64,000 bases of DNA from Epithemia pelagica (taxonomy: Eukaryota; Protista; Bacillariophyta): contig OX337232.1 of assembly GCA_946965045.2 (NCBI GenBank), forward strand, positions 806,001 through 870,000, read 5' to 3'. Of the stretch, positions 21,778 to 33,300 are shown one piece after another. A program made the position numbers and the translations under genes. The notes below the pieces were generated by a model. That model did no database searches and was not told the DNA's origin. It saw only the letters and a program-made list of their open reading frames with translations. How positions within the stretch are numbered: position 1 is the stretch's first letter; each line of letters begins with the position of its first letter.

Positions 21778-24700
21778 ATGGACATTTCACCATCTGTCTC
21801 TGCCGATTTAGATGCTCTTAGTGAAGCCTCCACTATTAGTTCCGGCCGTCTTCTGCAATGTGGTGAGAAACCGCGAGCTCGGTCGCATCCCCCTTGTGAG
21901 GTTACAATTCAACGATCCGTTCGACGAATGGTGGACCGCGGCGTGAAAACTTTTCGTGCTGACGTCTCTTGTCTTCTCTTGGGACAAAGTTCCTGGTATT
22001 GGGGCTTGGCGTTGAACCAAGGGGATTGGAGTGGGATCTACATGCTGGCCAACGATTATGAGGCCAGACGCACCAACCCCTTTTGGCATTCGGTTGCTAA
22101 ACAGTTAGAACCAAAATTGCACCTTGTGCCCAGCATCAACTTCATCCTAGGCCGAGGCTTGATTTCCATGGTATTGATTGAAGGAGATCCAACGTATTTG
22201 GGGTCTACCTTACCTCATATACCGTCCGATTGGCCTGTCCTGATGCTTCTTCCTGCGGGTTGGTCACGTCCGTCCATCCCTAACGTGCACTGGCTCACCG
22301 TGAGTCACACACGTTGTGGCGGTGTCACTACGGCCAGAGTCAATATTGGCCGTCGCAATCTCCCTCCTTTGCACTTTCAGGTGGAGGTTCGGCGGTCTAT
22401 TGCCTCGATTCTCGATCACTCAGTCCGGCCGACGTCTTGCTCAGCTGTCGGGCCATCTCAACCATGTTACCCGCAACACAGTCAACTTTACGTCCGCGAT
22501 TTGAAACGTCATGTTTTGGTGCCCACGACGTTCTACAAGACTGGGTGGGGCCACCGTCCCCTTACCCCCGCCGAGTTAGGATCCGCTTTTGATCTCCCCT
22601 TGTGGCTGCCTCCTACCTTGGACGCCCATGCTTGGTGGCACAATCATGTGATGGGGGCGCGTTTTGTCCCTATCAAGATCCCTGCTGCTGTGTTGGGCGG
22701 TGCAATCCCTCATTTGGAACCGGTCTATGTACATCATCTGGATCGAGCCGGGGAAAAGCGTGACGGGCCTCCTCCTCATTCTCCTCCGACGCCCAAACGT
22801 CTGCGAGTTTCGCCACCCATGGATGCTACGACGCGTGATGGTCAACCGGGCACGTGGTTTGCCTCCATTCGTGCTTTCCTGCCCCACTCAGCTTGGCTGG
22901 ACGACTCACTCATTGCAACCAAAGCTACTAAGGCGGACGATGCGGAAGCCCCCTATGCTTTGTGGGATGGTCGCATTCGTGGCGTGTTTCCTTGGGTTAC
23001 TGATCGGGCCTTAGCTGGGTTTCGCACTCTTGGCCTTTGGTGGTGGCGATGTTCTTTGTATCGTAGTTTTGTGTGTTATGTCCGAAATCGGTTCGGGATG
23101 AATTGGCTGTCGCTTCTACCAGCGGCGCGCCAGCGCCAGGGGGGGGGGGGGGGGGTGATGTTTTCTCTTTGCTTGAGGTCTGCATAGCTGGGCGTTCGGT
23201 TCTTTCTCAATTGCTCGCGGCCTCCTGGTGGGATTGGGACCACGGCTCCTCCCTGATCTTTTGGCGGTGGAACGGCCAACAACAACAACGTGATGCCTGG
23301 TACGGTACTTCAATCCACGTCACTGCTCCTCTTCCACACAACAAACGTCCCCAACGTGCTCCTACGGCGGACTCCCGACCACGTGTTGCCGCCAAACTCG
23401 CCAAGGTCCTATCACGTGGCTATTTTGACACCGATGCATCCATCCTTAGTTTAACCGACTACTTCGATGTCCCCAAGGGTGACACCGACATCCGGATGGT
23501 TTATAATGGAACCAGCTCCGGCCTCAACGATTCCTTGTGGGCTCCAAATTTCTGGCTTCCGACGGCGGAAACTTCATTGCGCCTTTTAACAACCGCTTCG
23601 TACTGTGGAGACATGGACCTAGGGGAAATGTTTCTCAACTTCCCCATGGACCACAATCTGCGTCCTTTTGCCGGTGTGGATCTACGCCCCATCAAAGACT
23701 TGTTCCCTTCGGAGCTTTTGGAGGCGGGATGTGCAGACAAAGTCCGCTGGAACCGCCTGTTTATGGGCATGCTCCCAAGCCCTTTTCACGCGGTGGAACA
23801 GTTTTACTTGGCTGAGGAAGTCGCTAGAGGCTCTCCTCATGACTTGCTTAACCCCTGCGGATTCGATGAGGTTCGGTTTAACATTCCGGGCTCGGCCGAT
23901 TATTCTCCAGTACGGCCTTGGGTGATGAAGTGGAACTCCCGAACTAACTCTATCGCCGGTGATTCGGTTACATACATGGACGACATTCGAATTGTCGGGT
24001 CGTCGGCAGAAAACGCATGGCAGGTGGGTAGACAACTGGCTTCACGTCTCCAATATTTCGGCATTCAGGACGCGCCGAGGAAACGTCGTCCGCCCTCCAA
24101 GACCCCGGGAGCATGGGCTGGGTCGGTCCAGCATATTTCAGACACTGCTGTGTCCAAGACGGTCACACAAGCGAAGTGGGAAAAAGGGAAAGGAATCATT
24201 CGACTGTACAAAGAGGCTTTCAAGAACAGTGATTCCCCGTCCTTTTCGCACAAGCAAATGCAACGCGACGTCGGGTTCCTGGTGCATCTAGCAATGACTT
24301 ATGCTTGCATGATGCCTTTCCTTAAGGGTTTCTACCTGTCCATGAACTTGTGGCGAGGAGGACGCAACAAGGAAGGATGGAAACTTTCAGCGAGGGAATG
24401 GATTACAGAACTGCAGGAAAAACTCGACACTCGAGAATACGACACGCTCTGCGGCTTTGGGAATGACGTAGAGAAATCATTCGACCAACGCGAAAAGGAA
24501 GACCTTCAACCTCCACCTCAAATATCCGGTGTCCCAAGACTCAAGTCAGATGTTGAGGCACTGTCAGCTCTTTTTGACTGTGACACTCCCCCAATCATCA
24601 AGGTCCGATGCGAAACCATCTTTATTGCCTTATACGGATCTGGCGACGTGTCTGGAGCCGGATTCGGATCCGCCATCCAGCTGCCGCAAAAGGGATTGTC

Positions 24701-25670
24701 TTACCGAATTGGCGTCTGGGATAGTGACGTTGTGGTGGGAGAGTCTTCAAACTGGAGAGAGTTTACCAATTGTGTGGAGGCTCTGGAGGAGGAAGCGAGG
24801 AAAGGGACTTTGAAATCCTCGGAAGTATTTTTCTTCACCGACAACTCAACGGTGGAACGGTGCTTTTACAAGGGGTCCTCCTCCAGCCCCAAACTCCTAG
24901 ACCTGGTGATCCGCCTAAGACGACTAGAAATGGCACACTCGTTGCGGTTACACATTTCACATGTGTCAGGTAAAAGAATGATTGCGTGGGGTGTGGATGG
25001 TATTTCCAGAGGTCAGATGAACGAAGGCGTCATGGCGGGTCAACCGATGCTGGCGTTCATCCCACTGCACAAAACACCAATTCAAATGTCAGACTCCCTT
25101 ATGGGATGGGTAAAGTCATGGCTGGGGCCAAAGACGGAATGGCTTACCCCCATGGACTGGTTTACAACCGCCCACGACATCAGAGGCTGGACAATGCCTA
25201 CTGAAGCAAACAAACTGTCCCTACCAATACTGAGGCCAGGACACTTTGTTTGGAGTCCTCCTGCGGGCGCAGCGGATGCCGCCCTGGAAGAACTCAGGAA
25301 GATTAGACACAAGAGACAAAAGTCTACTCATGTCTTTCTATGTCATCGTCTGCTTACTCCCCGCTGGTACAGACTGATGCACAAAGCTTGTGATCTCGTT
25401 ATTACCATTCCGGCTGGAACGTCGTTTTGGCCTCGTGACAACTATGAACCTCTCATCGTCGGTTTTGCCTTCCCCTTTCTTAGGTCAAAGCCGTGGCAAC
25501 TGCGCGGCACGCCAAAAATGTTCGCAGTGGAGAGGAAGTTGCGAGAAATGTGGAAAAACGATGAACTGGGTGGACGGGATCTTTTGCGGAAACTTTGCAT
25601 TCAGTGTTGGAAACTGGCCACCATGTCGGAAAATATGGTGTCCAGGGTGTTATTCTTCGAGCGAAGATGA
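21778..25670 (+). CDS. pol: N-terminal extension + reverse transcriptase + RNase H + degenerate DIRS MT domain; frameshift in a G17 run (23139-23155)
   Basis: RT: DLGEMFLNF, YMDDIRIVG. RH: GDVSGAGFG, SSNWRE, FTDNS, HVSG...DGISRG. MT-like: FVWSPP...EEL...HVFLC.RL...W. Confidence 0.88.
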
Positions 25671-27057
25671 CGGTTTCTACATTGCTAGCAAAAATACATC
25701 CTACGGGCAAGATGACCAAGATCGGCTAGTTTCAGAAAGTTGGAAGCAGCAATCTCGTGACAAATCCGAAGACTTTTTGAAAGCAAGAAAGGGTGACCAT
25801 TTGATCACCCCGTTTGAGTGTGATTTTTGCATCTTTCGCAAGCTGCGATTGCGAGACCCGGATCGTACAAACGTGCAAGACAACTATCTCATGATTTGCA
25901 TCAGACGAATGAATCTTGATGCCTTTTGGAGTAGAGCCCCCAGCACAGTAAAACAAAATGCAACCTTGGTGAAGCGTATGATTGAAAGCTCGGCAAAAGT
26001 AGGGATTCCGCATGGGCCGTTTGAAAGAGCAAGCCCTTTCCCTCCGCACGACCATTGTGGATACCACATAGCATTTCTCATGCTTGATGACTCGAGGAAC
26101 CAAGGAAAATATCACAAGACTCATAAGCAATTTGATTCGGTGAGAAGAATCCGGTCGGCATTCTCAAACTTTCTTCGGACAACTCCTTCCACCTTGATGG
26201 GGCCGGCGTCTATGGTATTGGTGGACAACAATGGCAAAACCGCGAGCAGGATTGGAAACGACGAAAGTGGCTCTCTCTGGTTCTCACAATTTGCAGAAGG
26301 TCTTAAAAGAAGAATGGGTCAAGACTGGCGACCGGACCAGGCAATCACCCCGGATTTGCTACTAGCCGTACTCTCCTCGGTAGAACAAACGGTCGTGGAC
26401 TCGGAGTCGTTGGAGTGGCAATACACGCAAATCATGGCGGGAACCTTTTTTGTGATAGCTTACGTATTGTCGCTAAGAGGGCCCGAAAGTTTTCTTCTGG
26501 ACTTGGAAGGTCTCCGTCGACATGGAGACTCTCTTCGGCATCGGGCTAGCTGCTTGGTTATAGCATTGTGGGGTCAATTCAAGGGCGAAAACGCTGAAAG
26601 AGCGCACTTGCTTCCTTGTTGCGATATTACAGGAAGTGGCATTCCAGTTCGGACTTGGGTTCGACGAGCGGTTCTTTTGGCTCAGGATAACAACAAAACC
26701 AAGGGACCACTGATGACTCATAGAGATGGAAAAAAGATATCATGTCGGGATATTGATGAAATATTCCACTTCCATTTGACGCAGGTGTGGAATCAAAGCC
26801 CCCATCTGTTTCCCTCTCACGCGATCAGTGACGAGGAAGACATTGTGAACAAGTACTCAAATTTTCGATCCTTCAGGAGAGGATCAAAGACCCGGGCGAA
26901 AGAAATGAACGTATCGATTCCTGACATAGACATCATCAACAGATGGCGCGTTAAAGAATCAGCAGGAACAAGAAAAGAAGGCGGGTCCATGGATCAAACC
27001 TACACCGATCCGACCCTGTTGTTGGCGCCTTTCCTTCGATACACCCAACAGATGTGA
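25444..27057 (+). CDS. Tyrosine recombinase of the YR element, overlapping the pol 3' end
   Basis: LSLRGPE (catalytic Arg), RSFRRG (H-x-x-R variant), INRWR and QTY; Cys-rich N-terminus. Confidence 0.88.
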   Translation: MNLSSSVLPSPFLGQSRGNCAARQKCSQWRGSCEKCGKTMNWVDGIFCGNFAFSVGNWPPCRKIWCPGCYSSSEDDGFYIASKNTSYGQDDQDRLVSESWKQQSRDKSEDFLKARKGDHLITPFECDFCIFRKLRLRDPDRTNVQDNYLMICIRRMNLDAFWSRAPSTVKQNATLVKRMIESSAKVGIPHGPFERASPFPPHDHCGYHIAFLMLDDSRNQGKYHKTHKQFDSVRRIRSAFSNFLRTTPSTLMGPASMVLVDNNGKTASRIGNDESGSLWFSQFAEGLKRRMGQDWRPDQAITPDLLLAVLSSVEQTVVDSESLEWQYTQIMAGTFFVIAYVLSLRGPESFLLDLEGLRRHGDSLRHRASCLVIALWGQFKGENAERAHLLPCCDITGSGIPVRTWVRRAVLLAQDNNKTKGPLMTHRDGKKISCRDIDEIFHFHLTQVWNQSPHLFPSHAISDEEDIVNKYSNFRSFRRGSKTRAKEMNVSIPDIDIINRWRVKESAGTRKEGGSMDQTYTDPTLLLAPFLRYTQQM

Positions 27058-27081
27058 AAGAACATGACAGATTCAAAGTGG

Positions 27082-27520
27082 GGGGTACAGAGACCAACAG
27101 GATACCCTGATGCCGACATGGCAAGGCTCAGGCTCCTGCTCCTTGGGCTCTGGCTGGAAGTTCTTTGTGAGTTGCCCGCCTCCTTCCCTCCGTGGGCTGA
27201 TTGTATGGTGCTACCTGATCAGGCCTGGAGGGAACTAAGGGAGGAACAACGGGAATCCTGCAATTGTTCTTCGAGTTGGACCTTTTGGAAGCGGTCTCCA
27301 CTTTCTTTGGAAACAAAGTTGGTGACCTCTGAGTGGAAAGAGGGTGACCCTATTCCCCCCACAACATGAAGCAGATCAACTCTGTGGATTGAGCGAATCT
27401 AATGTTAACTCAAAAGTGTTCTACTCTACTCTGCCCTTCGTTCTGGTTAGAACTGCAATGGATGACAAATCCATCTCGACATGGCGAAGAGGTGGGAGCT
27501 TGGGAAGGATTCAAAGGCCC
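27082..27520 (+). repeat. Split direct repeat B1 (439 bp)
   Basis: Matches 28055-28461 apart from a 32-bp indel and two substitutions seen. Confidence 0.95.
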
Positions 27521-28006
27521 TCAGTGTACGTCAAAGTTAAAAGGGGACCAAGAGCAAGACCAAGATCACCTCCCTCTTCCCTACCGATAGATGTTGATAT
27601 GAAATGACGCCGGGCTTGGCACAGGCCAGCGACAAACCTGTCACGGTAGGATGTCACGGTTCAGCATCTTCACTCGGAAGTTGCTTCACCGCAAAACATC
27701 TGCACATTCCGATAACGACAGGATACCAGAGAACAGCAAATGACGAAAGAAAGGGGCCGCCCTATCCGAGCCCTGCCGAGAACTGGTATGAGTTGTTAAT
27801 CGAAACTATTCAACAATGATGGATTGTCCTCCAATGCATGGACTCCATCCAATGAGGCAAGGCTGGCGATTGGGTCAACACAGCCAAAGCCGAATCCGAA
27901 TCCACAACGCACTGAGCTCACTCTTATCAGGTTCAGCGTTCGTTTGGCAAAGGTCTGATCTCCTTTGGCAGCGTTCCACCACCTCTCAAGAGTAATTTGG
28001 GCTTTT
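27519..28006 (+). repeat. Split direct repeat A2
   Basis: Copy of A1. Confidence 0.95.
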
Positions 28007-28054
28007 ACTGGTAAAGAACTACCAGCTTTTCTTTTTCTCCCACCCTCACCACCC

Positions 28055-28461
28055 GGGGTACAGAGACCAACAGGATATCCTGATGCCGACATGGCAAGGC
28101 TCAGGCTCCTGCTCCTTGGGCTCTGGCTGGAAGTTCTTTGTGAGTTGCCCGCCTCCTTCCCTCCGTGGGCTGATTGTATGGTGCTACCTGATCAGGCCTG
28201 GAGGGAACTAAGGGAGGAACAACGGGAATCCTGCAATTGTTCTTTCTTTGGAAACAAAGTTGGTGACCTCTGAGTGGAAAGAGGGTGACCCTATTCCCCC
28301 CACAACATGAAGCAGATCAACTCTGTGGATTGAGCGTATCTAATGTTAACTCAAAAGTGTTCTACTCTACTCTGCCCTTCGTTCTGGTTAGAACTGCAAT
28401 GGATGACAAATCCATCTCGACATGGCGAAGAGGTGGGAGCTTGGGAAGGATTCAAAGGCCC
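28055..28461 (+). repeat. Split direct repeat B2 (407 bp)
   Basis: Copy of B1 lacking TCGAGTTGGACCTTTTGGAAGCGGTCTCCACT. Confidence 0.95.
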
Positions 28462-28625
28462 CCAACAAGAAAGTCAAAGGATTTTCTATTGTACTGTAGA
28501 CCTTCATGAGAGATGTGCTTCCGAAAGGGAATTAACGTTAAATTATAACGTTCTTTTGATGATAGGCGCAACGAAAGATCTTTTTATCGTCGGCGCAGTC
28601 ATCACTTCGTCGTTTAACACTGGCC

Positions 28626-29291
28626 ATGAAAATGAATATGTTCCTACAACGATCTACTGCTCGAGTCTTTCCACTTCTCCTTGTGACTGCTCCGGTGCTT
28701 GCCTTCAGTTCATCTTCTGGTGCTGCGCTTCCAGGAAGCCGAGGAACCACAACAACGTCTTGCTTCTTCAGCTCACGAAGCAACAGCAGCAGTAGCACTG
28801 CTGCTGCCATATCTTTGCTGCCTCCCCTGCTGGACTCGTCGAGAAGGCCTCTTTCGACGGATGAAACGTCTAGTTTGTTGAAAGGCAAGTTCGCAGCGTA
28901 CTATTTCAGTGCAGGATGGTGCCCCATGTGCACGTCGTTTGACCCCTCGCTATTGCAGTTTCGGCAAGCGGCGCAGGAGTCTGCTAAAGACTTGGAACTC
29001 ATTTACGTGCCGTCCGATCGAACGGCCGATGCCGCTCTGGAGAGAACGCGGGCCATGAACATGGTGTCGGTGCCGTTTGGCAAAGAGGCTGACAAGTTGA
29101 AGAAACGGTTTGGCGTTTGGGCGGGAGCGGAGGCTGTCAAGTTTGGACGCGACGGTAGACGATCCGGTGTTCCGGCTCTAGTTGTGTTAAATGCGCAGAA
29201 TGGCGAAGAATTGGCGTTTGTACCAGCAGAAGCACAAGGAGCCAAAGCGTTGGGCGAGTGGCCTTTGGACGACGAAAAGGGCATTTGGTAA
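28626..29291 (+). CDS. Thioredoxin-like protein (nucleoredoxin/tryparedoxin type), likely plastid-targeted
   Basis: YYFSAGWCPMCTSF, ELIYVPSD, GVPALVVL; signal peptide ending VLAF followed by a Ser-rich transit peptide. Confidence 0.88.
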   Translation: MKMNMFLQRSTARVFPLLLVTAPVLAFSSSSGAALPGSRGTTTTSCFFSSRSNSSSSTAAAISLLPPLLDSSRRPLSTDETSSLLKGKFAAYYFSAGWCPMCTSFDPSLLQFRQAAQESAKDLELIYVPSDRTADAALERTRAMNMVSVPFGKEADKLKKRFGVWAGAEAVKFGRDGRRSGVPALVVLNAQNGEELAFVPAEAQGAKALGEWPLDDEKGIW

Positions 29292-30396
29292 GATGTGAGA
29301 GGCAGAGTTGAAGAGCAAGTAGTTTGGGGAATGGCAAATGGCTTTAGACGTGAAAGAGCTTTCAGCTATTCGAGAAATGAAATGATTAGTAGATGATAAA
29401 GATAGACATTTAGGTGGTTACTTGCACAGGGTATGATGTTCAGACATCACTGTCATTGGTGTCACTAGACTGCAAAGCAAGGACTAGTGTTGCTGTAATC
29501 GCATCGACTACGAGTAGGCGACTGAAATGTTCAGCGATTGAAGAGCATAGAAAGCTCATCACATGTTGGACTAAAGGCGGTTGCTCCGATCCCGCAAGTG
29601 TTGGGGACACCGTCAGTGTTGTCGACGGGCGCGTGGAGGGAGACCTTGGACCGACTGAGCATGCGTCCGATCCGTTGGAGGTGCAAGGTCGAGCCTTTTA
29701 GTAGCCAAATTTTCGGACGTTTGATTCGAGCCGTTCCTCGTCGGATGCGTGTGCTTTGTTAGAGGGGACAGGATTTGAACGATGCTTCACGCCGGGCGGC
29801 ATTAAGTGCAAACGTCCGCAAGACACACAACAACGAAGCCCACAGCAACACAACGACATTCGATATGTTGTGTCCCTCTTCTCCAAGTGCAAAAGAGACC
29901 AGAAACCAGAAACACCTCTCTATATTATACGTCGAGACAATCACACAATCGTTTCCCATCTCCTAGGTAGTGACACACGCCTCGAGAGCCCCTCTCGAAC
30001 GTTCGAAAGGCCAACGATCCTCATCAATCTTGTTTGGAGCGCTTTTGCTACCCAAAAATGACTGCCAGTGGTTCTGGTAAATAAGAATCAAGCGCACAAC
30101 AGACATCTCAACAACCACAAAAGTACAACTATCTTTGCGCTACTGCAACCCAGTCTTCTCGGATCGGCTTCCAGAAAGCAGCATCTCCTCCAATTCGAAA
30201 AGGCATTTATTTACAAGACTGATCTTCCAACTTCCAACCACCAAACGACGACAAGGACTTGCATAAAAAACAAAGGTCGCCACCGTTGGACGAAACCATT
30301 GGCCTTTCTTTCTGCTTGATTCCTAGACTTTGACAAGGCTTGTCGTTGTGCAAACAAACAAGAGATTCCAAACGACAAAGAGAAACAAGCCGCACC

Positions 30397-33300
30397 ATGA
30401 CGGTCCGTCAGTTCTTGGCCACCGCCTTTCATCCTCCTGTTCGGCGGCAGTCGCTTACTTCGACCGCCGAATCCTCCTCGCCCTATGCCTCCATTCCCTC
30501 CGACATGTCCTGGGATCAACCACCGATTGTTGTCACGAGGGACCAAACGAAACCGCAGGAGCCCCAGTTGGTGTCATCGTCGTCGGTCCAAACGACGACG
30601 ACGACGCGATACCCGCAGCCACCGTCGCAAGTCGCACGCTTGCACTCCAGTCGTCACCGTCGTCGCAGCAGCATGGGAGGCCGCTACACCCACAAGGCTG
30701 GGAATGGGGCGACAACGCCTCATGATCCGACAACAACAACCATTGGCAGCGCCTCTCGGCCGGTTCCCCTCCTTCGCGCTCCCAAACAACAAGGCTATCA
30801 TCACCCGAGCAAGTCGCAGCATCATCACCGCACGAAATCCGTCGCTGCTGCGCAGCAACCATCGACAACGACCACCACAGCCACCGAGCCCATTTGGACA
30901 GAAAATGCCTTTGCCAACTGGCCGGAACCAAACGTACAAGCAGAACCCGTACAAGATCTGAAACAGGACCAGCAAGGACAACCTCTGCAACACGGAGACG
31001 AAACCGAGGTGGACCACAAGGAAGCGATCCAAACGAATGAAACACCATCTCCCGTTGTTTCTTCCACCCAGAAGAAGAGCCTTGGTAAAAAGGTTTGCAA
31101 CCTTCTCCCCGAACGGTCGACGCACGAGGATCACGAGAAACTCGAGGAGGAACCGCAACCACATGTGTCCGAGACCAAACGGACCACCGAGACCATGCTG
31201 GTCAAGACCAACCGTCGTCATTCGCTCAAGAGCATTGTCTTGAGCATGGAGGTTCCTGAAACAACAGCGGAGGAAAACCAACCGCCAGTGGCAGTGACTC
31301 CATCGAGCGCCTCTCCTCCGGCCGCTCGCTTCTCGTTGGAAGAGGAATCCCTGCAAACGGCATCCATTACGAAACACGAATCGCCCCAGAATACCTCCGC
31401 TTCGGTTTCCTTGTCCACAGCCTCCTCGTCTCAATCGTGCCGAACGACCTTGACCATTGACAACTTATCCATTGATAAGCTACAAGAACAAGAATTGGAT
31501 TGGATCGTCCAACAACAAATGGCCAAAACGTCTTCGTCTTCGGTAACCTCGTCGGCCTCCTCCACGGTACGATCCGTCTCTCATCTTCAACCACGACGGG
31601 GGCAGAAACCAACCCATGAACCTTCCAACGACCAAGAGCCGCCGCCACAGTCCTCGAGTCCCGCCAAGAAATCATCTCCCAAACCTTCCACAGTTAAGTC
31701 ACTCCAACCGTCTCTCGTCCAACCAATGCAGCTGGACCCCACGACTGCCAATGATTCCTTGGATCAAATTGTCCTTCTGGCTTCGTCTGGAGTGGCGGCG
31801 GCGCCGCCACCGCCGCCACTGACCGTTTCCCAGATCCAGGTACGGGCCCCACACAACGACAGTGACGATGACTCGAGTTTGCCCGTGTGGCCAACCTTTG
31901 ACCCGGAGGACAATCCAAATACAAGCGACAGGGAACCCTCCTTTTCCTTGCTGCTTCACGTTCCACCACTGTCTCAAGACGACCAAGACGAGACTACAGG
32001 AGACGACAATGGATCCTTTGCCCCTGCGGCCGGTACCGCAACCAAGAACCACACCATGAACTCGACCATGTCGTCGACTACCACGGAAAAGGGTTCCTCT
32101 GCCAAATCCTTTTGGAACTCGACCAACAGTATGATGATGGGGCAAAGCCACAGCAACAGTCATAACCTGAGCCATATGGCAGTGCCACCCACGGCACTGT
32201 TGAACACGGACTTGCCCACGTATCAGGACAATCACTCCAAGGAACATGGGTGCCGTGACACTGAGAATAATCCCATTCAAGACAATAAAGCACCAGAACA
32301 CCCCTCGAACCATGTCCACAGCCTTTCTTCTACTCATTCACAGTCCACCAACAAGACTTCTCCGCAGTCGGAACCTGTCGTGGGCAATCACAAGAATGTT
32401 ACTCCAACCCGCCCGGTAAAGGAGCCGAAGGACCATACCCAAATTGACAATGATCACAACCGGCACTACAGTGAAAATCAATCGCTCAGTCCCAAGGACA
32501 GGGCTCGGACCACCAAAAAGGCCTCAACGTCGCCATTGGTCCAGAAACACAAGGGATCCTTCTTGGCGAGGCGCCGAAGCAATAGCGTTCGTCGAAGAAC
32601 ACTTTTGGACGATACCACGAACCAGTTGCAGAGCACTCGGACGAGGGACACCACAAAGAATTCAGGACAAAAGAGTTCCAACAGCAAGAGCGAAAGTTTG
32701 CAAAAGGAAACTTTTTCTATCACCAATGAGCGAGGACGCTCCATCGCTATCCAGCAAGGGCACAAAACACGAAGGAGAAGTTTGCCACCCGAAAGTACGG
32801 GCGTTTCCTTGTTGGACCAAGAGGGTAATCCATTGTTGAATGACATGCAGGCAGAGAAGCAACGTCTTGACGCTGACATTCCTGACGGAGAAAATATGGA
32901 TCCACATGGCACGAACCGATATGCTCCGTCTCCACTCACACTGGCACGAACTCTTCCAGCTTACAATACCACAACCACCTTATTGCCACAAGAGCAAAGC
33001 CCCAATGTTCCAGAATCACCGCCTCCTGTTCGTGTACCGGTTGTGGTGACGTCCCCACAAGCAACTGTGACAAAATCCATGCCCAGTCCATCCATGGTAT
33101 CACACGCCAAGTTTCAGTACCACCAGGCAGGCATTGCCGTTCCAACTAGGACGCCACCTCGAAGGGCCCCGCATGTTCACTTTCCCGCTGAAACCGGCAA
33201 AGAAGTAGAAGGACCCGAACCATCACGGATAACTCCTCCTGGTATGGTGATGGTGCCGACGGCCGCTCCCATGTCGACGCAGCCCAACACTTCCCATGCC

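Larger units (their letters stand above)
18787..28461 (+). mobile_element. Tyrosine-recombinase (DIRS order, PAT/Ngaro-type) retrotransposon with split direct repeats
   Basis: A1-gag-pol(RT-RH-MT)-YR-B1-A2-spacer-B2 layout. No TSD; only a C-run microhomology at both junctions. Confidence 0.92.

Noticed and set aside
29414-30330. Short ORFs between the thioredoxin and the long disordered-protein gene
   Set aside because: No motifs or consistent frame; treated as intergenic.
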